DNA of 63,727 nucleotides, filler included, from Thraustochytrium aureum (taxonomy: Eukaryota): the NCBI GenBank assembly GCA_012862495.1. It is 5 parts of 4 records of this genome, joined end to end, with 100 filler letters (N's around TTAATTAATTAA, not from the genome) between each part and the next. Parts side by side here need not be neighbours in the genome. Positions count along the whole stretch, not along the records: positions 21,414 to 44,002 come from BLSG01000178.1; positions 44,103 to 57,322 come from BLSG01000179.1; 3 more parts are not named here. One strand, written 5' to 3'. Each line of letters starts with the position of its first letter. Position 1 is the first letter of the stretch. The translations under genes were made by a program, and so were the position numbers. Shown in pieces: positions 43,077-54,346 of this stretch. Below the pieces are notes generated by a model. That model was not told where the DNA came from. It saw only the letters and a program-made list of their open reading frames with translations, and ran no database searches.

Positions 43077-43907
43077 ATGGCGCATGGCAACGTCTCGTTT
43101 GGCGCCGATTTGGAATGGCCGCAAGCCGCTGGCGAGTACCTCGGGATGGCGGCGCAAGCCGAGCAGGCTGCGCTGATGGCTCGCAACGTGGTGGCGTTCG
43201 GCGCGCTGCACATGGTGTTTGAGCGGATGGTTCCACGCATGCTGCCTTCGCACTTGCTCAAGCAGCTGACGCAGCATCAGGTTTTCGAGGTGAGCGCGTA
43301 CTTGAACAGCATGGTGCACGCCGTGATTTGCAGCGCCGCCTGCCTAGCTGCCATGCTCGCGCCGGACGGCACCATGTTCGAGGATAAGATCCACGGCCAC
43401 TCTTCGGCGGCGAGCTGGGTCTTTGCCCTGACGACGGCGTACTTTGTGTGGGACCTCACGATTGTGCTCCGCTCGCCCAAGGTTGACCTCGCGTTCCTCG
43501 CTCACCACGTGGGCGGGATCAGCGTGTACCTGACCGCGCAGCACCCGTTCATGCAGTTCTACGCACTATCGTGTTTGCTGTACGAGCTGTCGACGCCGCT
43601 CCTCAACGCGCGGTCGATCATGCTCACGCTTGGGATGAAGGGCTCGGGGCTGCTCGCCGCCGTCGAAAAGGCCTTTGCGCTCGTTTTCGTAGCCGTCCGC
43701 TTGGTCTTCGGCATCCCTGTATCGGCCGTTGGCATCTACCACGGCACCATGGAGGCCTTGCACGGCAACCTGCCGCACCCCGCACACTTTGCCATCCTCG
43801 TCGCCGCCAACCTGGCGCTCAATACGCTCAACATTCTGTGGTTTTCCAAGATTTTGCGCATGGCGACCAAGTCCTCGTCGGCTGCTGCCCGCCCCAAACG
43901 CGGATGA
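43077..43907 (+). CDS. TLC-domain membrane protein (TMEM56/TLCD4-like)
   Basis: AYFVWDL, FLAHH, YELSTPLLN, FVAVRLV, LNILWFSKI. Confidence 0.9.
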   Translation: MAHGNVSFGADLEWPQAAGEYLGMAAQAEQAALMARNVVAFGALHMVFERMVPRMLPSHLLKQLTQHQVFEVSAYLNSMVHAVICSAACLAAMLAPDGTMFEDKIHGHSSAASWVFALTTAYFVWDLTIVLRSPKVDLAFLAHHVGGISVYLTAQHPFMQFYALSCLLYELSTPLLNARSIMLTLGMKGSGLLAAVEKAFALVFVAVRLVFGIPVSAVGIYHGTMEALHGNLPHPAHFAILVAANLALNTLNILWFSKILRMATKSSSAAARPKRG

Positions 43908-44002
43908 TCCAGCGTCGGATGCTGCTCGCTCCTGTACATGTACCTCTAACCACCCACAGTAAGTAAAATACTCCATTGAGGTCCAGCGCATGTGGCCAGC
44001 GC

Positions 44003-44102
44003 NNNNNNNNNNNNNNNNNNNNNNNNNNNNNNNNNNNNNNNNNNNNTTAATTAATTAANNNNNNNNNNNNNNNNNNNNNNNNNNNNNNNNNNNNNNNNNN
44101 NN
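44003..44102. other. Artificial contig join (N44-TTAATTAATTAA-N44)
   Basis: Linker at 44047-44058. Confidence 0.95.
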
Positions 44103-44462
44103 CTCTTGACACCAGTGGTGACCCTCCAGGCGTCAAATGGCGCAGTGGACGCTGCCGCAGTGAAAAACGACGTTTAGACGTGTTAGAGATCCTTGACGAT
44201 TGCGATTCGAGTGTCGGGCTGTAGAGCAGGCCCGCCGCAGTTTCACTCGCGACCAAATTAGCGAGTCTTGCTTTGGCGATGTCCAACTCCACAACCGCGA
44301 CATTGCCAACTCGACAACCGCAAGTCGACCAACGCGAGGAACACAACAAGCAACAACAACAAAAAACCTCCAAAGCAGCATCGGGGCATAGTCCAACAAA
44401 AGAAGCCCGATCGATCGTCAAGAGGCTAAGAAATCGCAAAGTTAACCACCCAGTCCCGCGCG

Positions 44463-45340
44463 CTAATCTGTGCTAGCCCCACTTTCAACACAACCCGCCG
44501 CCGTTGCCTCGGCGACTGCCCGCGGCGCTGAGAACTCGACTACGGGACGGCCCCAGGGCGTCTCGCCTAGGAGCCGCCTCGATTCAAACCGCACTTGCAT
44601 AACTTCGTCACGAGGGCTTCAAGCGCTGCGTCGTTGCAGACCCCAAGCGAGAGGAACGAGGCGGGGACAGCCGCTCCGGCAACCCGCAAGCGCTTCCTAG
44701 CCTTCGCATAAGACTTCCAGCGCTGGCGCTCGAGCACTACCGACCCACGCGCAGCGTCGCGGATTGTCTCGAGGAACCGGCGCAGGCCAGCGTCGCCGTG
44801 GTTGAGGTGCACCCACATGGTCGTGCCAAAGCACGTCACAACATCGAACGGCGCGCCAAGCTGCACCAGCACAGACGCGCTGCCCTCCGCCGCGACATCC
44901 ACCGATGCAAACTCGCAGTCCGTGAACTGACCCTTGGCGCGTTCCACAAGCGCGGCGTCCACATCGACGCCGACAGCGCGGACCTTCGCCCCAGGCCTCC
45001 CGTTCACCACCAAGGCCGCTCGAAACTGCTCTGTGAGCGTCCCATCATTGCAGCCCACATCGAGGATGCTCAGGCTCTCCCGCGCAGCAGCCAGCCGGGA
45101 CCACGTCTCCGGCGCAAGCACGCCGAGCCGGAGCTCGGGCGGGTTGAACGTGTAGTACTTGGGAAAGTTGCCCAGGAGGTGCCCGGCTTCCTCCGCTGGC
45201 CGCTTCAGGCTCACCGCCGCAGGACCGGCGGGGGCGGCGCCATCTGCGGCAGCAACGCCATCCACGCCTCCGTCGCCCGTAGGGCCTTGCTCTGCCGCGG
45301 CCGCCGCGTCGGGCGCTCGATCGCCTGCGACCTCCGCCAT
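44463..45340 (-). CDS. Bin3-family RNA 5'-phosphate methyltransferase (BCDIN3D-like); frameshift ~44610
   Basis: GNFPKYYTFNPPELRL, LDVGCNDG, GVDVD, TMWVHLNHGDAGL, QRWKSY. The shifted frame supplies the expected C-terminal LLGETPWGRPVVEF and ends at TAG 44463. Confidence 0.88.
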
Positions 45341-46776
45341 TGGGGCGACTGGTGGACGGGCATTGNNNNNNNNNNNNNNNNNNNNNNNNNNNNNNNNNNN
45401 NNNNNNNNNNNNNNNNNNNNNNNNNNNNNNNNNNNNNNNNNNNNNNNNNNNNNNNNNNNNNNNNNNNNNNNNNNNNNNNNNNNNNNNNNNNNNNNNNNNN
45501 NNNNNNNNNNNNNNNNNNNNNNNNNNNNNNNNNNNNNNNNNNNNNNNNNNNNNNNNNNNNNNNNNNNNNNNNNNNNNNNNNNNNNNNNNNNNNNNNNNNN
45601 NNNNNNNNNNNNNNNNNNNNNNNNNNNNNNNNNNNNNNNNNNNNNNNNNNNNNNNNNNNNNNNNNNNNNNNNNNNNNNNNNNNNNNNNNNNNNNNNNNNN
45701 NNNNNNNNNNNNNNNNNNNNNNNNNNNNNNNNNNNNNNNNNNNNNNNNNNNNNNNNNNNNNNNNNNNNNNNNNNNNNNNNNNNNNNNNNNNNNNNNNNNN
45801 NNNNNNNNNNNNNNNNNNNNNNNNNNNNNNNNNNNNNNNNNNNNNNNNNNNNNNNNNNNNNNNNNNNNNNNNNNNNNNNNNNNNNNNNNNNNNNNNNNNN
45901 NNNNNNNNNNNNNNNNNNNNNNNNNNNNNNNNNNNNNNNNNNNNNNNNNNNNNNNNNNNNNNNNNNNNNNNNNNNNNNNNNNNNNNNNNNNNNNNNNNNN
46001 NNNNNNNNNNNNNNNNNNNNNNNNNNNNNNNNNNNNNNTGCATGAGGGCGCCGCCGTGCGCAGCGGCGTCAAGTACTTGTTGCGCACGGACGTCCTCTAC
46101 GCTTGAGCGCCAGAACGAGTGGAGGTTTCGCGCTCAGAAAGACAAGCCACCTCTCGCCTGCCTCTGCATGTAGAGAACTAGTAAAGTAGCAGTACTCGGG
46201 CAGGTGCCCATACTCTTGTCGCCTCAAGCTCCTTCGCGTTCGAGCTCCGTCGTTCGCGGCCAGCCGCCGCCTTGGAATCCTCGCAAGCCCGCAAGTCCAC
46301 AACAACAAATCCGCTCCGCAGTGGAGAACTGACATTCAAGATCCACGCGTGGAGGAGAAAGCCCCACAGTGGACGTTTTTGAAAGCTACTAGCTTTGAAA
46401 GCGCGCGAGTCAAGAGTGGATTGCGAGCACTCGCCATCGACGGACCCCCGACGCAAGCGAGAGCAGCCGCAGACGCAGCCGAGCAGCCGCGCTCGACGAC
46501 GAACGAACGACGTCGAGCGCAAGAGCGAGCGGCCGCGCCACTCCGCCACGGCCGCGGTCGCTGTGCACGAGGGCAGGCGTGCGGCACGGGTGCAACGGGC
46601 AACAACAACTCGAAACTGTCGGAGGCCGAGCAACGAACGACGGACGTAGCGACGTGCACGCGGACTGAGCTGGCAGAGGCAGGCCGCAGTTCGCTTACGT
46701 TGTGCAACGCGAGGCGAGTGCGAAGCCGCTGCTGTGAGGGGGCTGAAGGCTGCGAGGAGACGGCGAGAGGGCGAGG

Positions 46777-48464
46777 ATGATGGCTCTGCGGCTCGGACGC
46801 GCCGCGGTCGTGCGAAGCGGCGCCGCGAAACGGACGTGGGCCGCCGCCACGTTCGCGCGCGCCGAGCTGTCGACGGCGGCGAGCAAGCCCGCTCCGATAG
46901 CCGTGCTATGCATCCTGGACGGATGGGGCTACAACGAGCATCGCAAGATGAATGCAGTCCTGCAAGGAAACACGCCCAACTTTGACCGCATCTTCGGCCA
47001 TCGCAGGCAGCTCGGACAGCAGACCTTCCTGCACGCCTCGGAGCGGCACGTTGGGCTGCCCGCTGGCCAGATCGGCAACAGCGAAGTGGGCCACATGAAC
47101 ATCGGCGCCGGCCGCGTCGTGTGGCAGGACATCTGCACAATCGACAACGCCATTGCGGACGGCTCGCTCGCCTCGCAGGAGGCTCTGAAGGGGCACATCG
47201 CCAAGCTCAAGGAGACTGGCGGGACCTCGCACCTTATCGGCTTGTTTCCCCGGGCGGGGTGCACGCCCTGCAGAGCCACATCGCCGCGCTCGCCAACGAA
47301 ATCAACCGACACGGGGTCCCCGTCGTGGTTCACGCCTTTACGGACGGCCGCGATGTGCCGCCACAGGACGCGATCCACACGATTCCCGAGTTCATGGCGA
47401 GCCTCGACCCTGGCGTCAAGGTCGCCACCGTGACGGGGCGTTACTACGGCATGGACCGCGACAACCGGTGGGAGCGCGTTGGCCAAGCCTATGACGCTAT
47501 CGTGCTCGCCAAGGGCCAGGCGGCCGGCGTCGACGATCCGCTCAAAGCCGTCGAGCAGGCCTACGCCGCCGGCAAGACGGACGAGTTTGTTCCGGCTACC
47601 ATCATTGGCGACTACGCAGGTGCAAAGTCGGGTGACGGCATCCTCATGGCAAACTTTCGGGCCGACCGCGCGCGCGAGATCCTGCGCGCCCTCGCTGATC
47701 CCAACCCCCCGGCAGAGCTCGGCTTTGGCGCCGAGCGCCCCGAGCGCCCCACCTTTGCGAGCCTTTGCGGCATCGTCGAGTACGGCGACCACCACAACAC
47801 GTTTATCCACAGCGCCATCTTCCCGCCCAAGGACATCCAGAACACGGTCGGCGAGGTGGTGGCCAAGGCTGGGCTCAAGCAGCTGCGCATCGCAGAGTCC
47901 GAGAAGGCTCCGCACGTCTCGTTCTTCATCTCGTCGCGCGACGAGCCGTTCGAGGGCGAGGACCGCATCCTGCTCCCGAGCCCCAAAGTGGCCACCTACG
48001 ACCTGCAGCCCGAGATGAACGCGCCCATGGTTCGCGACAAGGTCTGCGAGGCCATTAGCAGCGGCACGTATGGCATGGTCATCCTCAACTTTGCCAACCC
48101 CGACATGGTCGGTCACACTGGTTCTCTCGAGGCTGCCATCAAGGCCGTGGAGTGCGTCGACCAGTGCCTCGGCGAAGTCGAGCGTGCTGTCGCGGGCCAG
48201 AAGGGCGCCCTCATCGTCACCGCGGACCACGGCAACTGCGAGCAAATGTGGGACGAGACTACCAACGGCCCGCACACCGCGCACACCCTCAACAAGGTCC
48301 CAGTCATCCTCGCTGACTTTCGCGAGTACTCCGAGACTGACGAGGAGCCCCGTCTCCGCCAGGACGAGAGCGCCGCGCTCTGCGACCTTGCGCCGACCAT
48401 CCTCGACATCCTTGGGCTGGAGCAGCCTGCCGAGATGACGGGCAAGTCTCTCATCGCCAAGTAA
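46777..48464 (+). CDS. gpmI: 2,3-BPG-independent phosphoglycerate mutase with N-terminal presequence; frameshift ~47240
   Basis: ILDGWG, GNSEVGH (catalytic Ser), GLVSPGGVH (after adding one base), FTDGRD, GRYYGMDRD, NFRADRARE, ATYDLQPEM, NFANPDMVGHTG, TADHGN. Confidence 0.96.
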
Positions 48465-49097
48465 ACACCGCTGCCGCAGTCCTGCCTTGCACCCCCTGCG
48501 GGCGACAACACCGAAGGATGCCCTGCGCGCCGCCGGCTCGCGTCGCCGCGCAAGGCCGCGCCGGCGGAGCCCTCGTGGCAGCAGAAGATAAGATCATCAT
48601 TTTCCACCGCAACGTTCATGACGGAGCACCATCGAAAAAAAGGGTCTGCACTGGCAAGCGCCGCTGCGCGCGAGGCTGCAGCCAGCCGCGCCCGGGCGCC
48701 GACGCTGTGTCCTTGCCGCCGTTGTTCCAGCATGGTCCAGGCCATCGCGGCCCGCTTGCACGTGCGCGACCAAGCAAAATTGGAAGAAAAGTTGGTCAGA
48801 ATACTCGTACTCGTACCGGTAGAGGAGTACTCCGCGTACCGGACGCTGTCGCCGCGCCTGCACCAGACCCATTTCGCTGCCTTGCGGATACTGCGGCAGG
48901 CCGCGAGACGGGGCAGGCGCTGCGGCCCGGCGTGTGCTCGGCGGCCCGGCGAGGAGGAAACTGTCGCCTCGGACGAGCGCCGCAACGGGCCACCAACGCT
49001 GCCGATTCGAGGCGGCGGCCCGAGGGCTGACGCTTCGGCCAAAAGCGGCTGGCAGGGGCCGTTGTACGGACAGCTACAGGTGGGGGGAGGCGAGAGC

Positions 49098-51603
49098 ATG
49101 CTGGCGGCCTCGGCGGGCGCCGCGCAGCGCGGAATGGATCTCGACGCTGAGGCGGAATACACCCGCTCCGTCTCGTCTACTCTGTCGGACAACGAGGATG
49201 GGGACAGCGAGCCCGGTCGGCTGTTTATGAGCAGGGAAGACGCAACTCGAATGGCGACCCGATGGTCGCCAACCTGGTCACCGAGCAGGAGGTTGCCATG
49301 CTGTACTACGAGTCCACACCGAGGCGGCGTACGAGGTACACGGGTAGCCGAGCGTTTTGGCGGATACAGTGCTCCTGGGCTGCAGTGAAACGCAAGGTGC
49401 CTATTCTGGAGTGGCTGCCGCGATACGACGTTCGGAACGACCTCAAGATGGACGCGATTGCAGGCATCACGGTCGGAATCATGCTCATTCCGCAAGGTAT
49501 CTCGTACGGCCTCCTTGCCGAGCTGCCGGCCCAGTATGGCCTATACGCGTGCCTTGTCGCCCCCGTCGCCTATAGCGCTCTCGGGACCTGTGTACAGCTC
49601 TCTGTCGGGCCGTTTGCCCTCATCTCCCTGCTGGTCGCGAACACTGTGCGCACCGTCGTCGACCCGGACGAGCAGCCCGAAGAGTACGTCCAAGCGGTGC
49701 TGACCTGCTCGGTGCTTGTGGGCGCTCTTCTGTCGATAATGGGCTTGTTGCGCCTTGGATCCCTTGTCAACTTGCTGGCCAAGCCGGTGATCTCGGGCTT
49801 GACCACAGGCGGCGCGTTCTTGATCATGACTTCGCAGATCGGGAGTTTCCTTGGAGTCAAGCTGCCGCGCGGCGGGTTTTTCCAGACCTGGGTGAACGTC
49901 TTCAAGCGTGTTGGTGAGATCAATGTGGCGACCTTCTTGATTGGAATGGTTTGCCTGTGCATCCTCGTGGGCTTCCGCAAGTTTAAGGAATCAGACACCG
50001 CGCGACGCTACCACCTGCGCAACACGCCAGTGGCGCTGCTAGTCATGATTTCCGCCACCCTGGTCACCTGGTTGGCTGGTTTGGCTGAAACCTACGGCGT
50101 TCGCGTGCTTGGGGCCGTTCCCGCAGGGATACCATCACCGAGCCTGCCGAATGCGTTTGCTCTCACTCCGGACCTGCTCGTCTCCGTGGTGGTGATCTCG
50201 ATTGTCGGCTATGCGCTCTCGATGGCGACCTCGAAAACGTTCGCGGCCAAAAACAACTACGAAGTGTCGTCCAACCAGGAGCTTTTCGCCCTCGGCATGG
50301 CCAACTTTCTTGGCGGGCTCTTCAACGGGTATCCCGCGTTTTCAAGCCTGAGCAGGAGCGCTCTCGTGCACGAGCTGGGGCCCCGCACGCCGCTCCACAA
50401 CGCCTTTTCCTCGGTCGTGATTGTCCTCGTTCTCACCTTGCTCACGAAATACCTGGCGAACCTGCCGTACGCCTGCTTGGCAGCCATTATCTTTGACTCG
50501 CTCAAGAGCCTGTTCATGCAGCTCCGCGATCCGGTGCAGCTCTTCTATTGCGACAAGCGCGACATGGTGATTTGGATTGTCACCTTCTTCGCGGTTCTCA
50601 TCTTCGACGTGGCAGTCGGCCTTGGGATCGGCGTCGGGTTTTTCCATTGTCGTCCTCTTGTACGCGGTATCGAACCCCTCCTATGCAGTTTTGGGGCGGT
50701 TCCCCAAGCTGCCCTGGCTCTTCAAAGACCTCAAGCGCTTCGTGGAGGCGCAGCCGTCCCGGGGGTGTGGTCTTCCGCTTCGACTCGTCCCTCCATTTTG
50801 CCAACGGCGAGCACTTTCGCAAGGTGCTGCACAATGCCGTGGCCGAGCGTATGGCTGCCGCTGTTGCCAGCTGCTCGACCGAGGACGAGCTACATTCGTT
50901 CGTGCTTGACGCGGCCTCGATCGCGGACTGCGACTCGACCGCTATCGAGGCACTGGCCAAGGTGCAAGCTGAGCTTGCTGCCGACTCGATCGAGCTCATC
51001 CTGTGCAACTGCCGCGGCCGCTTTCGGGACATTCTCAAGCGAAGCAAGATCAGCTTCCAAGAGTACGTCAGCCTCCAGGACGGCGTTGCCTACGCCGAGG
51101 GCAAGGTTGTGGTCAACGCCCGCCGGAGAAGGGCTTCCCATGCGGCGCACCAGGCTGACGCAGCTGCCACAGTGCCCGTAAATGCAAGTGGTACGCCCTC
51201 CCCTTCTCTCGGGCCGTCGCCTTCGGGGTCGGCTTGGCCGGCGCTGCGAACTGTGCCGGCCCGCAAACCGCGGAGCATTTCCGACCAATCTGGCTCCTCC
51301 GTTTCGGCTCCAGCTCCAGGCGCACTACAGGAGCGTACAACTGAAGCGCCAGCAGTTTCGGAGGACAGGAGCGCCATCGGCGGCGGCCTTGGCGTCTGGG
51401 GTCACGCAGTCGCGAGCGCTCCTGAAAGTGTGCTTGAAATGTCACCCCAAATCACAGCGACAGCTCGCAGGCCACCAGCACCAGTGAGGCTCTCTGAGCC
51501 AGGCTTCTCGGCTTCTGCCCCGATCGGCCAGGGCGCTTTGACAAATAATGAGTCGTGTTTGGACACCAGTGGAGAGTCTGCGCAGTCATTGCCAGATGCA
51601 TAG
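49098..51603 (+). CDS. SLC26/SulP anion transporter with STAS domain; frameshifts at ~49250, ~50640 and ~50760; start uncertain
   Basis: PILEWLPRY, DAIAGITVGIMLIPQGISYGLLA, YGLY, NQELFALGMAN, SLSRS; STAS FRFDSSLHFAN...LDAASIADCDSTA. Confidence 0.93.
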
Positions 51604-51709
51604 CTCTTGCTCAAGCTGTACTACTAGTAGTTCTAGAGAGCTATTTGTTAACGTGATGAAGCCGCGCAGAGCGGGCGGTACATACTTAGCAGGGGCGACG
51701 CCCCCAAAG

Positions 51710-53770
51710 TCAGAGCTTGGCCGCAGCGCCCGCTGCGTCCTGATTTAGGTACTCTGAAATACCCCAGCCTCGGGCACCATCCGCCGCCGACAGCTCGGCA
51801 AGGCTCGCTGGGTTGGCCAATACTTGAAGCTGTAGACGCGTCTTCCCTTCCCCAATGTAGGTTGAGAGGCCGGCGCGCCGGTTGCGCAGCGGCACAAAGC
51901 CCTCGACCGCCCCAGTGAGCCGCAACCTGACACCACATTGCGTCTCCAGATCGAGCTGAATCGCCGACTGCGCCGCCTTCGCGCTCGGGTGCTCGGTCCC
52001 AGCAAACCAGGACGAACTGCCCTCAAACTTGGTGCGAAGCTGGGCAGTTTTGATGATGAGAGCCCGATTAGGCCCGACGTGCACGATCCCGTGAGCGCCG
52101 GCGCCGGGCCGATGANNNNNNNNNNNNNNNNNNNNNNNNNNNNNNNNNNNNNNNNNNNNNNNNNNNNNNNNNNNNNNNNNNNNNNNNNNNNNNNNNNNNN
52201 NNNNNNNNNNNNNNNNNNNNNNNNNNNNNNNNNNNNNNNNNNNNNNNNNNNNNNNNNNNNNNNNNNNNNNNNNNNNNNNNNNNNNNNNNNNNNNNNNNNN
52301 NNNNNNNNNNNNNNNNNNNNNNNNNNNNNNNNNNNNNNNNNNNNNNNNNNNNNNNNNNNNNNNNNNNNNNNNNNNNNNNNNNNNNNNNNNNNNNNNNNNN
52401 NNNNNNNNNNNNNNNNNNNNNNNNNNNNNNNNNNNNNNNNNNNNNNNNNNNNNNNNNNNNNNNNNNNNNNNNNNNNNNNNNNNNNNNNNNNNNNNNNNNN
52501 NNNNNNNNNNNNNNNNNNNNNNNNNNNNNNNNNNNNNNNNNNNNNNNNNNNNNNNNNNNNNNNNNNNNNNNNNNNNNNNNNNNNNNNNNNNNNNNNNNNN
52601 NNNNNNNNNNNNNNNNNNNNNNNNNNNNNNNNNNNNNNNNNNNNNNNNNNNNNNNNNNNNNNNNNNNNNNNNNNNNNNNNGCCGGCCGCAGCGCGCGCAG
52701 CGATCCCTTGCGAGATGATTGCGCCGCGCCAGTTGTAGAACGCGGCGTAAAACAGCCAATAGGGGTCCGGGTGCACGCGGCCTGTGAGCGCGCTGTACGC
52801 CTTGAGCAAAGCGTCTTTGGTTGGGATGCCAGAGTCTTCGAAGCCTGGCATTCCCGCGACTCCAGTGTACACGGAAGGCGCGCCAGCATCGTACGGGAGC
52901 TCGTAGAGTGCCGCAAAGTTTGCTACATCCGACATCGGGTGCCCAATCGTCGAGAGCTCCCAGTCCAGCACAGCCACCACGCGTGGCTCGGTAGGGTGAA
53001 ACACAAAGCTGTCGAGCAAGTGTGTGTCAGTCCGAGCTCGCTGAATCCGCCTTGCGGCCCAGCGCGGCCCCAACCGCGTTCGGCCAGGGCGGAGCAACTT
53101 ACTTGTCAAACTTGAAGTCCCCGTGCACGACGGAGACAGCGTCCGGCGGCATGAACTCCCGCATCATCCCGACAAGGCGCGAATTGTCCATCCGCGGAAC
53201 ATCAGGCGAAACGGCCTCCTGCCGTTCGCTCACGAAGGAGAGGCTTGAGAGCTGTCTATCGTACATGCCCCCGCACTTGCCGTACGTGCCAAGGCCCGCG
53301 GCGCGCCAGTCGACCTGGTGTATGGCGGCGAGCGTCTCGATTGCAGAGCGGTACGCCGCGGCGCGGTCCGCCGGGCTGAGCTCGTCCATCGAGGCCTTCT
53401 TAAAAATGCGCCCGCGCACAAACTCCATCACGTAAAATTCGGACCCTATGACGCTCGCGTCCGAGCAGTAGGCGTAAACCTTGGGCACGGGGACGGCGGT
53501 CCCACCCATGCACTTCATCACAAGATACTCGCGGTCGATCCGGTGCGCAGTCTTGTTGGAGCGCGTGCCAGGCGGCTGCTTGCGCAGCACATACACCTCG
53601 TTCACGAGGTATGTCGGATTCGACTGCCCAAGCGAGAACTTGCGCACGCGCGTCGGGCCTTCAAACCCTTCGACATTCGCCATGAGGAAGGCGCCGAGCC
53701 TCTCGACATCGAGCTCGAGCGCGTCGCCCTTGGCCACCTCATACGTTTCTTGGCCTTCGAGCGCGGCCAT
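51710..53770 (-). CDS. APH/choline-kinase-like phosphotransferase (ACAD10/11 N-terminal type) with an additional C-terminal domain and PTS1 (AKL); one intron, gap 52115-52680
   Basis: [44 protein letters not shown] (across the intron), [14 protein letters not shown]. The post-gap frame ends [19 protein letters not shown]. Confidence 0.8.
53009..53102 (-). other. 94-nt spliceosomal GT-AG intron
   Basis: Donor GTAAGT, branch-like CTGAC, acceptor CAG. Splicing restores [18 protein letters not shown]. Confidence 0.9.
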
Positions 53771-54346
53771 CGCGTCCACCGAGCCGACCGCGCGGTGCCC
53801 TGAGCCCTCAGCTCCAGCGCCAAAAGCCAGAATCTCCGGACGCCGACTTTCTTGCCCGCCGTCACGTCGCTGCAGCCCTGCGTGCTCGCGTTCGCGCTCT
53901 GTCGAGCGCATTTGCGTCAGGCACATCTTCGCGCCGCAAGTCCGACACCTGCGAGCGACACGCATTCCTGTCCAAGCGCCCAAGGCTTAGCGCTCAGCCA
54001 ATACATTAGCAGAACACGACCGATGCAACNNNNNNNNNNNNNNNNNNNNNNNNNNNNNNNNNNNAGGAGGAGGAGGCGGCGGCGGGCGACGCGCGCGCTG
54101 CGCAGGGGATTCCGGCAGGAGCGCAGGAGCGCAGGAGGACACGGGCTCCCTGGTTGCCGTCGGTCCCGCGCACGAGGGCTTGCGTGCGGGGCGCGCGGCG
54201 AAGGGCTGGTTTGTGGTCGGGCTCTGGTGCTAGAGATCGGCGCGCAGGAGGTCTCGAGGCTGCCTGGCGCGACCAACGCAAGGCGGGCGCAGGCGGGTAG
54301 GGTAGCTCGGTGACTGCCAAGCCCTAGCGCAAGTGTGTGGAAGCAG

